Assembly: GCA_040954595.2 (NCBI GenBank)
Contig: CM082582.2
Span: forward strand, 10,531,483-10,595,482
Direction: 5' to 3'
Origin: Balanoglossus misakiensis
Taxonomy: Eukaryota > Animalia > Hemichordata
Length of the DNA: 64,000 nt
Position 1 is the first letter of the stretch. Each line of letters starts with the position of its first letter. Shown here piece by piece: positions 15,566-28,200 of this stretch. Under the pieces are notes generated by a model that was not told the DNA's origin, did not search any database, and saw only the letters and a list, made by a program, of their open reading frames with translations. The translations under genes were made by a program, and so were the position numbers.

Positions 15566-18292
15566 CAGAATACGCACTTTCCTAATACCGGAGAGCAGGA
15601 TATAGTAGACAGACTGTTTCCTTTCCCTTTTTCTCGACAGACTGGCACACTTAAACCCTTTTCCCCACCAACAACTTTAGACGACCTTCACTACACAAAC
15701 AAGTACTTGTACGGATTAAAAAGAAGTAGATTTGTGTGTTTGTTTAGTCATTTATGTCAAAATTTTTATGGCAATTACGGACAATTTTTCTAGTTTAAAC
15801 AGATTTGTAAAATCAGAAGAAATAATGTAATGTGCATGTCGCGTTTAAGTGGAGTGTCATAAAGGAAAGGCGTCTCATAACAAAACGTATGTCACTCCAA
15901 AACCATAAATGCGGCATGGTGGTCTGTTGGGCGCGAAATATTATCTCATAAAATTTACCGCGTTTTGACAAGTGTTAGAAATATTAGAACCATGCCGTAA
16001 ATATCGGTTTATGCCGTTTAAATAGGCATTTGCCATTTCCGGTCCCGGGTATATGAATCTGCCTGTGTCCCTCGTGGGCCTTGACGCTCCTCAATCGATC
16101 ATATATTGTTGTTGGTTAACGCAAAAACAGTTGCCGACCAAAGGAGTCACCGTCGTTTCCGGTTTCGGTCGATAATGACACATGTCCCAAAAAGTCATAT
16201 TACCAGCCAAAACAATAGGTTTTATCGATAAGAAAGGGGAAAATGTCAGATTTCTCGCCTAATAGTTGATTTGCGTAAAAAATTATCAATTCAAGTTCAA
16301 TAATGACAGCGCCCAGCCTAGCGGAATATTCTTGTCAAAGGGAGATTTTGAAAATGTTATTGGCTTTGAGATGGGCGTGCTTGTTACTGAAGAAGCCGTG
16401 TTCGTATCCAATGAATTGACGTCAATTAACGTTGCTCTATTAATTGAATCAGAATCAAGATCACGCACTGTTCTGTAAATTAGGCTGTCGGTAACTTTTG
16501 CTTTGTGTATTTCTAAATGTGTCAAGTGTGTACGCTATTGCGCATAGCCATTTGCAAATTATTTTGAAAAGGGCGTCTGTCGTGTTGTGGTTTACAAAGA
16601 CTTTCCCCAAAGTTCTTTTCCAGATGAATTTTGTATTTAGGGGGTGAGGTCGTAAATTTGTGTACTAACGTTACCAAAATTTATAGCATCATTCAATAAG
16701 AGAGGGGAATTTTTCAGCAACACATACAGACAAGCATCCACGCACACATTTTCGGCGGCTAGGGAGTCCGGTCTTCTGGTAAAGGCAGGAAAACTAAAGG
16801 TTAACGCATGAAAGTTTTAGCAAAATCGTCTGTTGTTCAGCGCCCGGCGCACGACGTATAGAATGCGACATGCGTAATGATAACTATACGGGGTAACGAA
16901 CACGACTACGAGAGAGGGAAAAAGACTCCATATTGTATAAATGCGTATTGGGGAAAGCTTATCTGTGTACCTTTGAAAGGGAGAGAGTACATGTATTGTA
17001 GATATATGCCAGTCAATCTATAGCCAACAACGTGTAGATTGGGCTCTCGAGCTATTGACAGTCATGACAACTGACTAGGTGGTCGATTTCTGATAACTCG
17101 ACTACGCTCGTTGATGACGCAGTTCCGCCGCCAAGGAAAAAAACCTAGGAGGACAAAAACACAACCCTTTACAGTGGGAAGCACACGAAATACGATACGA
17201 TTTATCAGCATGTTCAAGGGATGAATGGGGGTGGGCTCCTTCTGTGAGTGGCGAGATCGAATAATGAGAAAGAAGAGCAAAAAATACAATGAACTTTAAA
17301 CAATGTGTGTCAGTGTAAATCGTTTCGAACATTCTCGCCAAAAGAGAAACATTGATAGTGCGTGTTTTCTATTTAAATTGAGGGCATGAGTAATTGTGAA
17401 AGTTATAGATCAGAAACAAAAGCTTGCCGTCTGCAACATTCAGTATACAACAATATTTCACAACTGCTCATGTTTTTGTCGAAAATTCACTTCGAGCATT
17501 GCTTTAAAACGACATGTTTCAGGTTGAAAAATAATCTGTTTCCATCACAATAAATTGAGAAATTAACGCGCGAACAAATCATGCGCCGAAAAATCTAGCG
17601 GGCAAAATATTGGCGGCTAAATTGATTAAACTACCAGCTAACACATTCACTCTGGTCGTGTATTATTTATACCGCCGACTTTTACACGGAGCTTGCGAGT
17701 GAACCAACAGGTGTTTCTCGTTCACGTCAACTAGTGGATATAGGCCTAATAAAAGAATACGAGACAGAGAACGGGAAACGGTTTTGAAAGACACGGAAAA
17801 GCCTCACAAGTATTACATGTCACACTAGGCCGCTTAGACACCGATAACACCTGAGCGCCTTCCTGTTGGCTAGTCCGCTCTCTTTCAGTTCCATACACAG
17901 TTTTAAAATCCAGTTCGTTCTTTCGCGGATGAATACGGCCGGAAACCGTGACATCTAGGTGCTGGACGTTTTTTCTCTGCTCGATGTTATTATGTCTCCA
18001 GCCCCAGAACATGCGTGAAATATCTGGCATGTGTTATTGAAAAATCCGCGACAAAAAAGTACGCAATTGCATTTGTTATCCGCGCTGCCAGCCAATGGGA
18101 GCGCAGAGAACGAACACTTAATTTTACACATATGCACCGAGACGATTCCATCGTCTATCGATTTGGGGAGAGATGCGGCGATCGCTCTCTCATTTGAATA
18201 ATGACATTTTGTTAACGAATGCGCGTGTGCATAGCATGATGAGAACAAAGGAACCTGGTGGGATGGAATTGTTGGGTGGCAACTCTTACCGG

Positions 18293-18526
18293 TATATAAA
18301 CCACTGAAGGCGGTGACTGGCTTTAAATTTACACCGGTCGTGCAGGCACAAGGGGTCGGACAGGCGAAAGTAAAATAACCGGGACGTTCTTGAAAACTTG
18401 CTTGGACCAGGAGTAATTTCCAATCTACACCCTGATTCGCGCCGCTCTTTAAACTAATTTCAGTTCCTGTTTGGGTCAGTGTTTGCTACCGTCGTCTACT
18501 GGGCCCAGTGAACCTTAACCGTGAGT
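18293..18526 (+). promoter_or_regulatory. Putative distal TATA promoter and non-coding first exon of scratch
   Basis: TATATAAA at 18293-18300, CCAAT at 18092-18096 and a consensus donor GTGAGT at 18521-18526. Candidate acceptors lie between 18624 and 18737. No transcript evidence. Confidence 0.4.
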
Positions 18527-18706
18527 AACGGTTGCTGACAGCTACCGCGAGCCGGGGTTTTAATTCGACTTGAAATTTGTATCAGAGCGTGCAAACGCTG
18601 CGTTTTTGTTCGCTAATTTTCTAGACGATCTCGTGGGGCCGTTGATGGATTAAGCTTAAGTATTTCCATTTAGCTGTACCACCTGATCACATCGACTGTA
18701 TTCGCC

Positions 18707-18739
18707 TATAAAATACCCAGACTTCAACTTCATTCAGTT
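18707..18739 (+). promoter_or_regulatory. Proximal core promoter of scratch (TATA + Inr)
   Basis: TATAAAA at 18707-18713 lies 29 nt upstream of the A of an Inr-consensus TCAGTT (18734-18739), about 110 nt before the ATG with no intervening ATG. E-box CACCTG at 18680-18685. Confidence 0.65.
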
Positions 18740-18845
18740 GAAGGCGCTGTCGGAGTAAACACGCTGCTGCCACACTCACGTCGCATCGCCGAACATCTCT
18801 GCACACACACACACGCAACTGTCACGCCATCGACAAAAGACGACC

Positions 18846-20020
18846 ATGCCCCGTTCGTTCCTCGTCAAGAAAGTGAAATCGGAAGATGCCGTCTCCCACC
18901 CGGATTCCACCAGGGCCAGTCGGCCGCTGGTGGTGGGGAACCGCGCGGTCAGCGGAATCTGCGTTCGTCTGAATAACGGTGAGTGAACGTGTTGTCTTCA
19001 TCAAATCTCTACATGCAGTCTTTGTACCGTCATGCATGGTGTGTCATACCGTATACGTACGATAGCTATGCATACACGAGGAGGTCGGAGACGACAAAAT
19101 CCTGTTGCTTCACCGAAGGTCGAACCTCGGTGCGTCCTACATGTGGTTGTTTGTTTTCTGCGCTCCACCTTAAGGACACACTTCATCTTTAAGTGCCTTT
19201 ATATAGAATATGTTGACTTTGCTCCTTGCCTTGTATTTATCTTACGTCTTCTCACTCTGTCTCTTTTTAATTTTCCAAACACGCAGGATACATTCACGAC
19301 ATTCTGCCGGACAGCGACATCGAAAACAACAACAACAGTGTTCGGGATCTGACCATCAAGGGCGAGTCGGATGATAAAATAGAGGAGTTCAAGAAGAACA
19401 ACTTTCACGAGGTGAAGGGGGAAGTGGCCTACGACGCGTTCCTCATCACCGACGGCAGATCGAGAAAGCGCGGTCTCAGCGCCGAGGAGCAGAACCGCCA
19501 GCGGTACACGTGCAACGAGTGCGGAAAACATTACGCAACTTCGTCGAACTTGTCAAGACACAAACAGACACACCGCAGCCTGGACAGCAAACTGGCCAAG
19601 AAATGCCACACGTGCAATAAGGTGTACGTCAGCATGCCGGCACTGGCCATGCACGTGCTCACGCACGACCTCAAGCACCGGTGCAGCATCTGCGGCAAGT
19701 CGTTCAGCCGACCGTGGCTGCTGCAGGGACACATGCGCTCTCACACGGGCGAGAAACCGTTCGGTTGTGCCCACTGCGGCAAGGCGTTTGCCGACAGGTC
19801 CAATTTGCGGGCCCACATGCAGACCCACTCCGCGTACAAGAACTTCGCGTGCAAGAGATGTAACAAGTCGTTCGCGCTGAAGTCGTACCTCAACAAGCAC
19901 TACGAGTCGGCGTGTTTTAAGACCGGCTCGCCCCCGTCGTCGCCCGCTTCGTCTATGTCGTCGCTGGTGGACAGCGACACGGCGGCCTTTTCGCCTCCGG
20001 AGTTGACAGCGCTGGTGTGA
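18846..20020 (+). CDS. scrt: Scratch family (Snail superfamily) C2H2 zinc-finger transcriptional repressor, 288 aa, 2 exons: 18846-18978, 19287-20020
   Basis: Exon 1 begins with the SNAG motif [10 protein letters not shown] phase-1 GT-AG intron (gtgagt...acgcag) joins ...RLNNG-YIHD... in frame with the 19412-20020 ORF. Scratch domain [13 protein letters not shown] is present. Five fingers carry Scratch-diagnostic sequences ([71 protein letters not shown]). Confidence 0.97.
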
Positions 20021-22343
20021 AAGAGGCCGGGTTGACAGTACAACCGGATCGTGCAATATAGTATAACTGTATGTGATATGTGACTTACAGCGATACAGAC
20101 AGTGGCGGACCTTTAGCTTGTTTTCTTCAAAATAAACTCACAGTACTGGAGATAGCGTTTTCGTGTTATACCACGCCGATGTTGTTACGTAGAATACAGG
20201 AAGCCGTCATTTGCAAACGAAAAATCGAAGTAAGGAGGAGTCTCATATATCTGTCCACATTGGATGTCACTCCAGAAAGAAGATGACATTTCTATGAAGC
20301 AGCCGTTGATGTTCAGATGGGAAAGTACGGGACCCGGTTCTGGAAGCGGGAAGGTCGTCGTCCCACATAATTATTTGTGGGAGCAGGAGGTATTTCACTT
20401 AAGAACGACAGATCGGCATCGTGGAAAATTATAACGGCAAATATTGTGCTTTGGTGTGGAAATGACGGCGCTTATGTAGATAGAGTATGTAGATTTTTAG
20501 CGTAAATAACATTTTGAACCCCGGAGAAGTGGAGTCGGGAAGACCACGCAAGCACACCATCCGGTGTTAGAATATTTCAGAACGTGATTTTTTTCTCTCC
20601 TGTGTTTCTTTTGAAACGCTGATCCGATGTAGTATTATTCTGCGATGATGTGATTGGTGCAAGAGATATGCCGGGGAGATATTGAAGGGTTGGGGGGGGG
20701 GGGGAGAGATCGAGCGAGAATGGAAGATTGCGTTTTAGAGCCCAGACGGGCCGCACGAAAACACCCGGCTATTAGCGCGCGGGGGAAGAACGGAAGAGAA
20801 GAACGAGAATTGGGTCCAATTTACAGTAATTTACGAATCTGAGTAGGGCACTGGAACCCCGACCGGAGAGCTAAACGTCAAATAAGAGAGAATAAGTGAA
20901 CGGGCTTTGCCTTATTATCTGACAAACCCAGAACACGCATCCACGGCATTGTAGTGACTAATGGGCCAACGTTTCCGAGAACTGCTAAAGACATCAAATC
21001 GAAGGTTCGGGGGGAATCAACTTATCCGTATTTGCAATAATTTTATCCAACGAAATAGCTCTCCCGGTTATTATATTTATTATATAGAAAACCCCGACGA
21101 CTGAAAGAGCCGGGTCAGACGAATTTTGTTTGTGATCTTTTGACGTCGATGATGAGGCATTTTTGTGATGATGCGGTTTCTGATGCATCGAGCGTACGTG
21201 ACGCAGCAACAGATTGCAAGTCATTTTCGGCGGCAGAGTTTTTTTTCTCAAATTGACCTTTGACACGCCGTGAAAAACGAAGAAGTCACTCTCTTTGTTG
21301 TCATCGTTGTATTGTGCGCTCTGAAAATGAAGTATTATCCAAATCTGGCGGCGACAGAAGAAACGTGTCTGCGATTTGCAGAAAATTCAAAGCGTCCTTC
21401 GAGTTGGTAATCGCAAACCCCATCAAAATGACATTTGCGTCATCGACTTACAGTTTGGCGAACGATTCGGGAACTGAAGAGATTTCGAGAGAGGGAGACG
21501 GAGAAAAACCAATCGATATAGACTCCTAGATCTTTTTATCTGCGAGATATTAGAAAACTGGATTACGCATGATGAAGTATTAGGCGTTCTGAATCGAGTT
21601 GTGTGTACTCTATCCGTTAAAATACTGGGTATATAATTTAACACCATGTGTATCTGACAACGGGAATAGACGGCCTTAGTTAACAAACGGCCGCCTACTT
21701 CTGTGTCTCGTCGTGGGTGAGACGCCATCCGCGCATGTCGACCAACTCAACAATACCCCTCCAAATAGTACAATAGGTCGCTCGATTATATGGAAGGGGG
21801 GAAAGGGGGTCATATCTTCACGGAGGGACGTTTTACTCAATAAGCAATATTCATTACTGAAGTATAAAAGTCTCCCCGTAGTAACAGGTGGTAGGTTTTC
21901 TAATATGCAAAACAAATATGAAAGGAACTTGTAATATATTTTTCTAAAAGGGGGTTCGGGAAGTTTGAAGCGTACGTAGCCTAGGTGCAATCTTCTGATG
22001 CAATCTTATACACGTCCCTCCCGTGAAGAAATATTCTCCCATTTCAAACAATGAAATAATCCTCATAATATAAAAAGTACTAACTACAGTTATTCAATTC
22101 GTACAAGTTTACGTGCAATTTTTTCACAAGCAACAGACGATGTGTTTGTTTGTATTATCAGTAACTGGTGTGAACTAGTTTTCATTGTGTATGTATATAT
22201 AACGGTGGTATTTTTACTGAATTAACTATGTTTCTGTACTTAAAAACAAAGTGTGTGTGTGTTGAGGTAGCGATCATATTTAACATGAACGTATTGAACT
22301 GTATCAGACAGAACATTACTGTGTGACCCCAATGTGCAATAAA
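20021..22343 (+). other. Putative long 3' UTR of scratch with proximal (20131-20136) and distal (22338-22343) AATAAA signals
   Basis: An AU/UG-rich stretch (about 21900-22340) ends in AATAAA, typical of a distal 3' UTR end, and contains multiple miRNA seed matches and a Pumilio element. The extent is inferred. Confidence 0.5.
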
Positions 22344-25097
22344 AAAATCCTACAGTCATTCTCAAACATTGTCCAAGTCGTGCTATAGTGTGTCGTCGCT
22401 TATCTTATCTGAAATGGGCGCTTGTGGGAGAAATACGCATTCCGAAACCAAATGAGTTCTCGGCCGGAGTTGAATATTTATGTTGCTGTCGGTGAACTTT
22501 CGCCTCGCTATATTCCTAGTATATTTCAGTCGTGCAGCCAATTAAAGAAGAATCAAAATATCGTAAATTAACCTGGGTTTTTTTGTCCATCTGCATTCAT
22601 GATTGATGTCGTCTGCGCGGAATACTTTCGTCGCAACCGTTTCTATTTTGTTCTAGAAGTGTGTTGTATTTTCCTCTGTTGATCAATCGTTTTATTACAA
22701 TTACAGTGGGTTTGCTGCTTTTTTGTGTTAAAGTATATTGCATTGAATTTCGAGATGGTATGTTTATTACAGTCGAGTCCATCATGTAATTGTGTGCTAT
22801 AAGCCCAGGGGCTTAGGGAATTCATCACAGCGTCTACCTGCAATTGATTTCCAAGCGTCCAATCACGAAGGCTTTCGCCGTAATATAACATGTTGCTTTT
22901 GTCACAGATAACTCTCCACGGCCGATGAATTTACATGAGGTCAGTGTATAACACCCAAAGAAAAAAAAAGAAAGAAATTTCAACCGATATTGGTTTCGCC
23001 TTACTCAATTTTCTAAATTGGTGTTGCGACCGAACCAGGCGCAGACAAAACGATGGCGGTTGAGAAGTAACAAGTTGGAAATGAGCGCGGTGTAGTTTGG
23101 TCGTTCACGACGTGTATTTTCCCCGCCAGCGTCAGATGAGGCACACAATGGAAGGAAAAGGAGCACATGGGTGCGTCTAACGTTACTCACTTGTAGACAA
23201 GCGTCTCCTAAATTTAATCCCGCGATTCGAAATTCACTGCACTCGAGTTTGCATGAGATACACGTCAGCTTTAGATAAGCATCCACTGCAGTCCTTGCTA
23301 GACGTCGAGAAGGCAGATAAAATGTTGTCCAGGAAAAGAAGTAAATTTTCACGATTAATTAGCTATTTGTTGTGAAAGAAGATTACACGAGATTTTCTCG
23401 CGGACACAAAGCAACGCAAACTTATCGGCACAGTTATCATCAGAACCACCCAATTATAGGAAAATTGACATTTAGAGCATGTAAACATTTTAAAAGACCC
23501 CCATATTTTTTTAAATCATGATAATAATATTGTGAATATTCTCAAATTCCTCAGAAATATTTTTTTTTGTAATTAATTTAAATGTAATCTACAGAGAAAT
23601 TCAAGGGGAAATCGATGTTCGATATTCTGATGTAAAAGTTCTGCATATCCCAATGTTAAACATTCAGTGTTTTTTTTTACAATTCAATTCATACTACTCG
23701 TTGCTTTCAGACGATGGTGTGGGGCTCGTTTTTGTGGCAAAGATGCTCGCTCCGGGCATTCCTTTCACCCCAACCTCACATCACATCATAAGTGCTTCGT
23801 TAGAGCTGCAGTCGTGAATTCGCCTCGGTCCCGCTTAGACCCAGCACGGTTTTAACTTACCGTGCAATTCTGTCTCATTTACACGCCTTTTTATTTTGTG
23901 GCATCGCTTTGTGCAAACGATTTAAGGCATTTGGGGGGTTTACAGTTGTCGGATTGGCATAATGACGTAATTGGATAAAGTCAGGCTGTGCAGTCGGCGG
24001 CCCCTTTTCCATTTGCCTGCTTGCTTACTCGATTTCATTCAAAGCACAATCACCGCAATTATACCACCCTTCGCACGAATTTAGATTTCTCTCTCATTTT
24101 TTTTCTGGATGGCCTTCGTGCAAAATACCGATTCAGCCCTCGCAATTTTATGCTTCAAATTGCAGTACCGTATAAATGTCTTACGGTATTTTAACAAATT
24201 TTATTGACATATCTGGCAAATTTTGCGCGATCTGAAAGAGCGTTTCGTTTTACTGGCAGATAATGACCGACTTATAATGAAGGCCCTTTTCACGGGCAAT
24301 GCATTTCGCCCGGGAGAACGCTTTTATTCGATTGAAGTTGTGACTCATACGGGCTAAATTGTATTTTCTTGTAATTAATTGCAACATTGAGAATGAAAAT
24401 AAGACGAAATAAACGGTGTGGCATGATATTATCCGCGTCGCGAAGAAGAACTCTCACCTTTGTTTGCATTATCCGGGGGAATTTTGCAATAACTTGGGAT
24501 ATTTATAAGATTTGCTTGGCTAAGCGTCGTGGCGTTCACCTATTCAGATCCCCGACGTGTTGTGTTGTGGGCGCGCGCGCGCGTGCTCCACTTTCGAGCT
24601 TTGTCGGAGGATCGACTAGCCAACCCGATCAAGCAGAACCTGCCTTTGAGGGAGAAAGTAACAGATTGTGCAAATTCTAAAGGTAGTACAGAGCTTGATT
24701 AGACGGGCTAAATCCACGTGATAATCGCCTTCTTCTTTGACCGTTGCGTGCTCAAAGTCTGCACATCGGAGATTAAAAGGCTAAATTCCAGCAACTTTCC
24801 GACGCTGGAGAGCAACATAACGTGCAGAGTCAAAACAAACCGAATTAGTTGCCAAGTGAAGTCGGGTTTTTTTACTTCATTAACGTAATATCTCCAATCT
24901 CTATTGTAAGATTTGGAGTTTTTTTAGATCGCTGTAGGAGAGAAGCAGTGTATCCAATCTAATTTTATCCTGAACTACTTGTTAAGCTCGCCAGTGGCGA
25001 AATTCCATCGGGTTACCATGGCAATTCAGTGACATCACGGCATTCGAATGAATGTGTATTGACGTGTCAGTCACAGAATCACGCATCGCGATTCCGA

Positions 25098-25218
25098 TGT
25101 ATGTATAGGCCTATGTATGAATGTGTATATTGCATTGTGTGTGTGCGCCTGAGCGCGTGTGTCTATGCGTGTATGTATTGTTTGTGCATTGTATGTATGT
25201 AGGTGTGTATGTATGTAG
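25098..25218 (+). repeat. Degenerate (TG)n/(TATG)n microsatellite
   Basis: tgtatgtataggcctatgtatgaatgtgtat...gtatgtatgtaggtgtgtatgtatgtag. Confidence 0.75.
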
Positions 25219-28200
25219 TGGGAACTGGTAATTTAAATACTAACTCAGTGACTCGCACATTAGAATTCGCCTGTTTTATGACCCAGGTATAGGTACCACA
25301 TTTCCAACAAACAACAGCGTGCTAAACGCAGCTATCAGACAGACATCTTATGGAACGACTCGAATGCCCCTGCGCACAACCGCCATTACGTGGTAGGCGA
25401 ATAATTCCGTCACGGTGCCGATCGAATTAATTTTTCAGGTTGTTATCCCCAGTCTCTGCAGAACAGGGACTGCTTTGCGCGCCGTCTCAAAAAATCGCCC
25501 TTTGTGGGCACAGTAATCTACAGAAGTCAGACTCTTTGTAAGGGCCGAGCAAATCGTTTCCGTTATGATGTGGGTGAGTGGGAGTTATCGGGTCGAGTAC
25601 TGTGAAAAACCAACGCTGCGTTTCTTTGTTACTTCTCTAACAATACTGCTGTGTAAATTTCGACGCCCGACCACTCAGTAAATGAAAAAAATCTCAGCGC
25701 CATTAATAATTTCTGCAATATTTCATCTGTAATTTTGTATCTTTGATCCCATTTTATGAGGTATCATAGGCAGAGCATTTTCGGGGAAAAGTGTAAACAC
25801 GAGAAATGTCAACGTGAAACCAAAAACAATTTGTTGTTTTTGCGCAGTATCACGTTCGTTCGATCAACAAGTACCGTCGCACACTTGTGGATTGTGATAT
25901 TCGCAGCGCAAAATTCGACGACAATTTTCTATGCATCAACGAAGCCACTCGATGTTAATTGAGGCATTTTTTCTTCGCCTCTTTTTTCACTTTCGTGATT
26001 TTACCGGCTTATACAAGAGCAACCTATAGAATGAAATAATAAAAGAACTGATAACGACAGTCGTTACCATGGTGATCGGATTTCAAGCGTAGTGGGGGAG
26101 TTGATCTACGAATAAGATTAAATTCACTGTATTTTATTATTATTGGAAATACACATTTGTGTCAATTTTTTGCCCTTTGAATTTTCCTCTATATAAATGC
26201 AGATATTTAGGTGTTTTTCAGTCGCGGTTGACCCAGTAACTGGTCTTGATATGGGTCGGCGAAGTAAAAGATCAGAGACGGTCATGAGAGCTGTACCCGA
26301 TAGGATCTAAGATCACTCAAAACTGTGGGAAATTTGCCCAGCTTCGGGCTAACACTGTATTGATATCAGCGTGACGTCTGTGACAATATCGTCCTCTGCG
26401 AATCTTTGGCAACGATTATCATCCTCATATCGCATCAGCGTCATATCTAACTCAAAAATCGAAAAAAGTAGAAAACACCATTATGTTGATTTTTCAATTC
26501 TCGCGGTTCTTCACGTTCAGATACTGAGATATACTATATGAACACAACACTCGTACGTTTTTATTCATATAAAAGAGGTTTCATGCTCCGGACACTTGTA
26601 AATCCAGAAAAACGTGGATACCGTGTCTCTGGCGTTCGTTCCACGTGGTCACGTGACGGAGAAACTAAATGCAATCCCCTTCAATGCGTCGTGATCTGTT
26701 TTAATTTCGGAAAGCGAAATCAAGTGAGAGGGTTACATCCGGTGAAATAAAGAATGATGATAAAAACCGGAAATAAACACTAGAACAGATTTTGCACATT
26801 GCTGGGTTTAAGGGACATACCTAGGCTGCATCCCTAATCTGATCTGTTTCTATGGAAACGTGCACTAAACCGCCAATGATGAAATTTGTCTCCCCATCCA
26901 TCCCCCGCTCGCTCTCTGATTTTTATAGCGTGTTTACTCTAAACTGACGATTTTATATGGCTGATTCTGAATCATTTTTTACTTCATATAAGTCAAGATC
27001 ACAACCTCTAAATACCTTAACAAGATCTCCCGACTAAAAGGGGGTCACTCTCGTTGTAATCACAGTTCTTGAAGTCGAAGTGTGTCATTGCAAACAGACT
27101 GGAATGCCGAATTGTGATCAGAGTGCGACTGTAGTAGTAGAAAGCTGAATAAATCCTGCGTGCGTTTCATTAAAACGTATCTGCCGATAGTCGTTATCGT
27201 GGCCCGTACATTTTGAAAACACGGCCACCGGCGACAACCGCATCACCACGTGACGTTCACTGCCCAAACGTTGAGGCGTTTTAGTCGATAAAAGCAATTC
27301 TTCCTTTCAGAGAGGGAGATATTTTTCGTGAAGAAAAAAAACATTACCACGGAGCTACATAAATCAGGCGCGCACGAAATATCATGACAAACCTTAAGTG
27401 AGTTTTTGTGACGTCAGACCAGCCAAGCTCTGACGAAAGTAACCCCTGTGTGCGATGTTATGTCCGAGGCTTTACCAAGTAAGGCGTGTCAGGAACGTAA
27501 ACAGCGAAAGTACATCGGAGATCGAAGACGAGAAGTGTCGATCGAGGAGTTCAGTTGGTGTACTGTATTTCAATGCGTGGGCTCTCAACAGTCAAAAATT
27601 GAAAGAAAAAAAAGAACAACGGATGTACAACGCGTCTGGCCATATTGAAACAATGACATTTGTTGGAATAATTACGCTAACATTGCAAAGCTATAGAAGA
27701 TAAACGAGACCCGTGGGGTTCCATGGCTAACATCATTCAATCAACTGCGTGTACCATCACGAATAAATTTCGCAAAATTAAACCCCTCGTTGTTCATTTT
27801 CCCCCTACCAAACAATGCTGTCTTTCATGAGGTGTTTCTTTCATTTTTATTCCAGATTTTTAATTGCATTTTTTAAATTAAGCGCGTCTACATGAGGACA
27901 TTCCGACGCGCGAATTTGTTTTGGTTATTAGAGATTTGAATTGAACGCTGTAGCTGTACGGAAAGCGGAGTGTGTCGGCGCGTCTGCCTGTTCAATTCTG
28001 CCGAAGCTAAAGGTACTTTCCCGACACAAATCTAGCCCCCAATTTGTCTCCACCGCGTCAGCGTCTCATCAATCTGCGCGCGAGCTGCACGCCGAGTGCA
28101 TTTCAGATGTAAATTTCACCAACTGCGCAATTTGGAACAATCGCAGAAAGAAAAAAAAATCACTACTCCCCGTACAACCTTCGATTTTCCGCCATTTGCG

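Noticed and set aside
15616-15710. Strong acceptor-like tract tttcctttccctttttctcgacag after the GA repeat
   Set aside because: No good donor or ORF follows; it cannot be supported as an exon without transcripts.
16286-16525. 79-aa minus-strand ORF with an acceptor-like tttacag and S/T-rich peptide
   Set aside because: No partner exon or recognisable homology; the DNA is dense in TAAT/CRE motifs and looks more like an enhancer.
18743-18763. REST/RE1-like half site GGCGCTGTC in the scratch 5' UTR
   Set aside because: Only one half matches; insufficient for a call.
19412-20020. ORF-track 202-aa start (GTG at 19412) as the real start of the zinc-finger protein
   Set aside because: It is internal to exon 2; the spliced SNAG-encoding exon at 18846 supplies the true N-terminus.
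19199-20056. Antisense and alternative-frame ORFs over scratch exon 2
   Set aside because: Shadow ORFs caused by GC-rich codon usage; no recognisable protein features.
22263-22270. TGAGGTAG let-7-like 5' end (also near 61553)
   Set aside because: The remainder does not match let-7 and there is no precursor hairpin.
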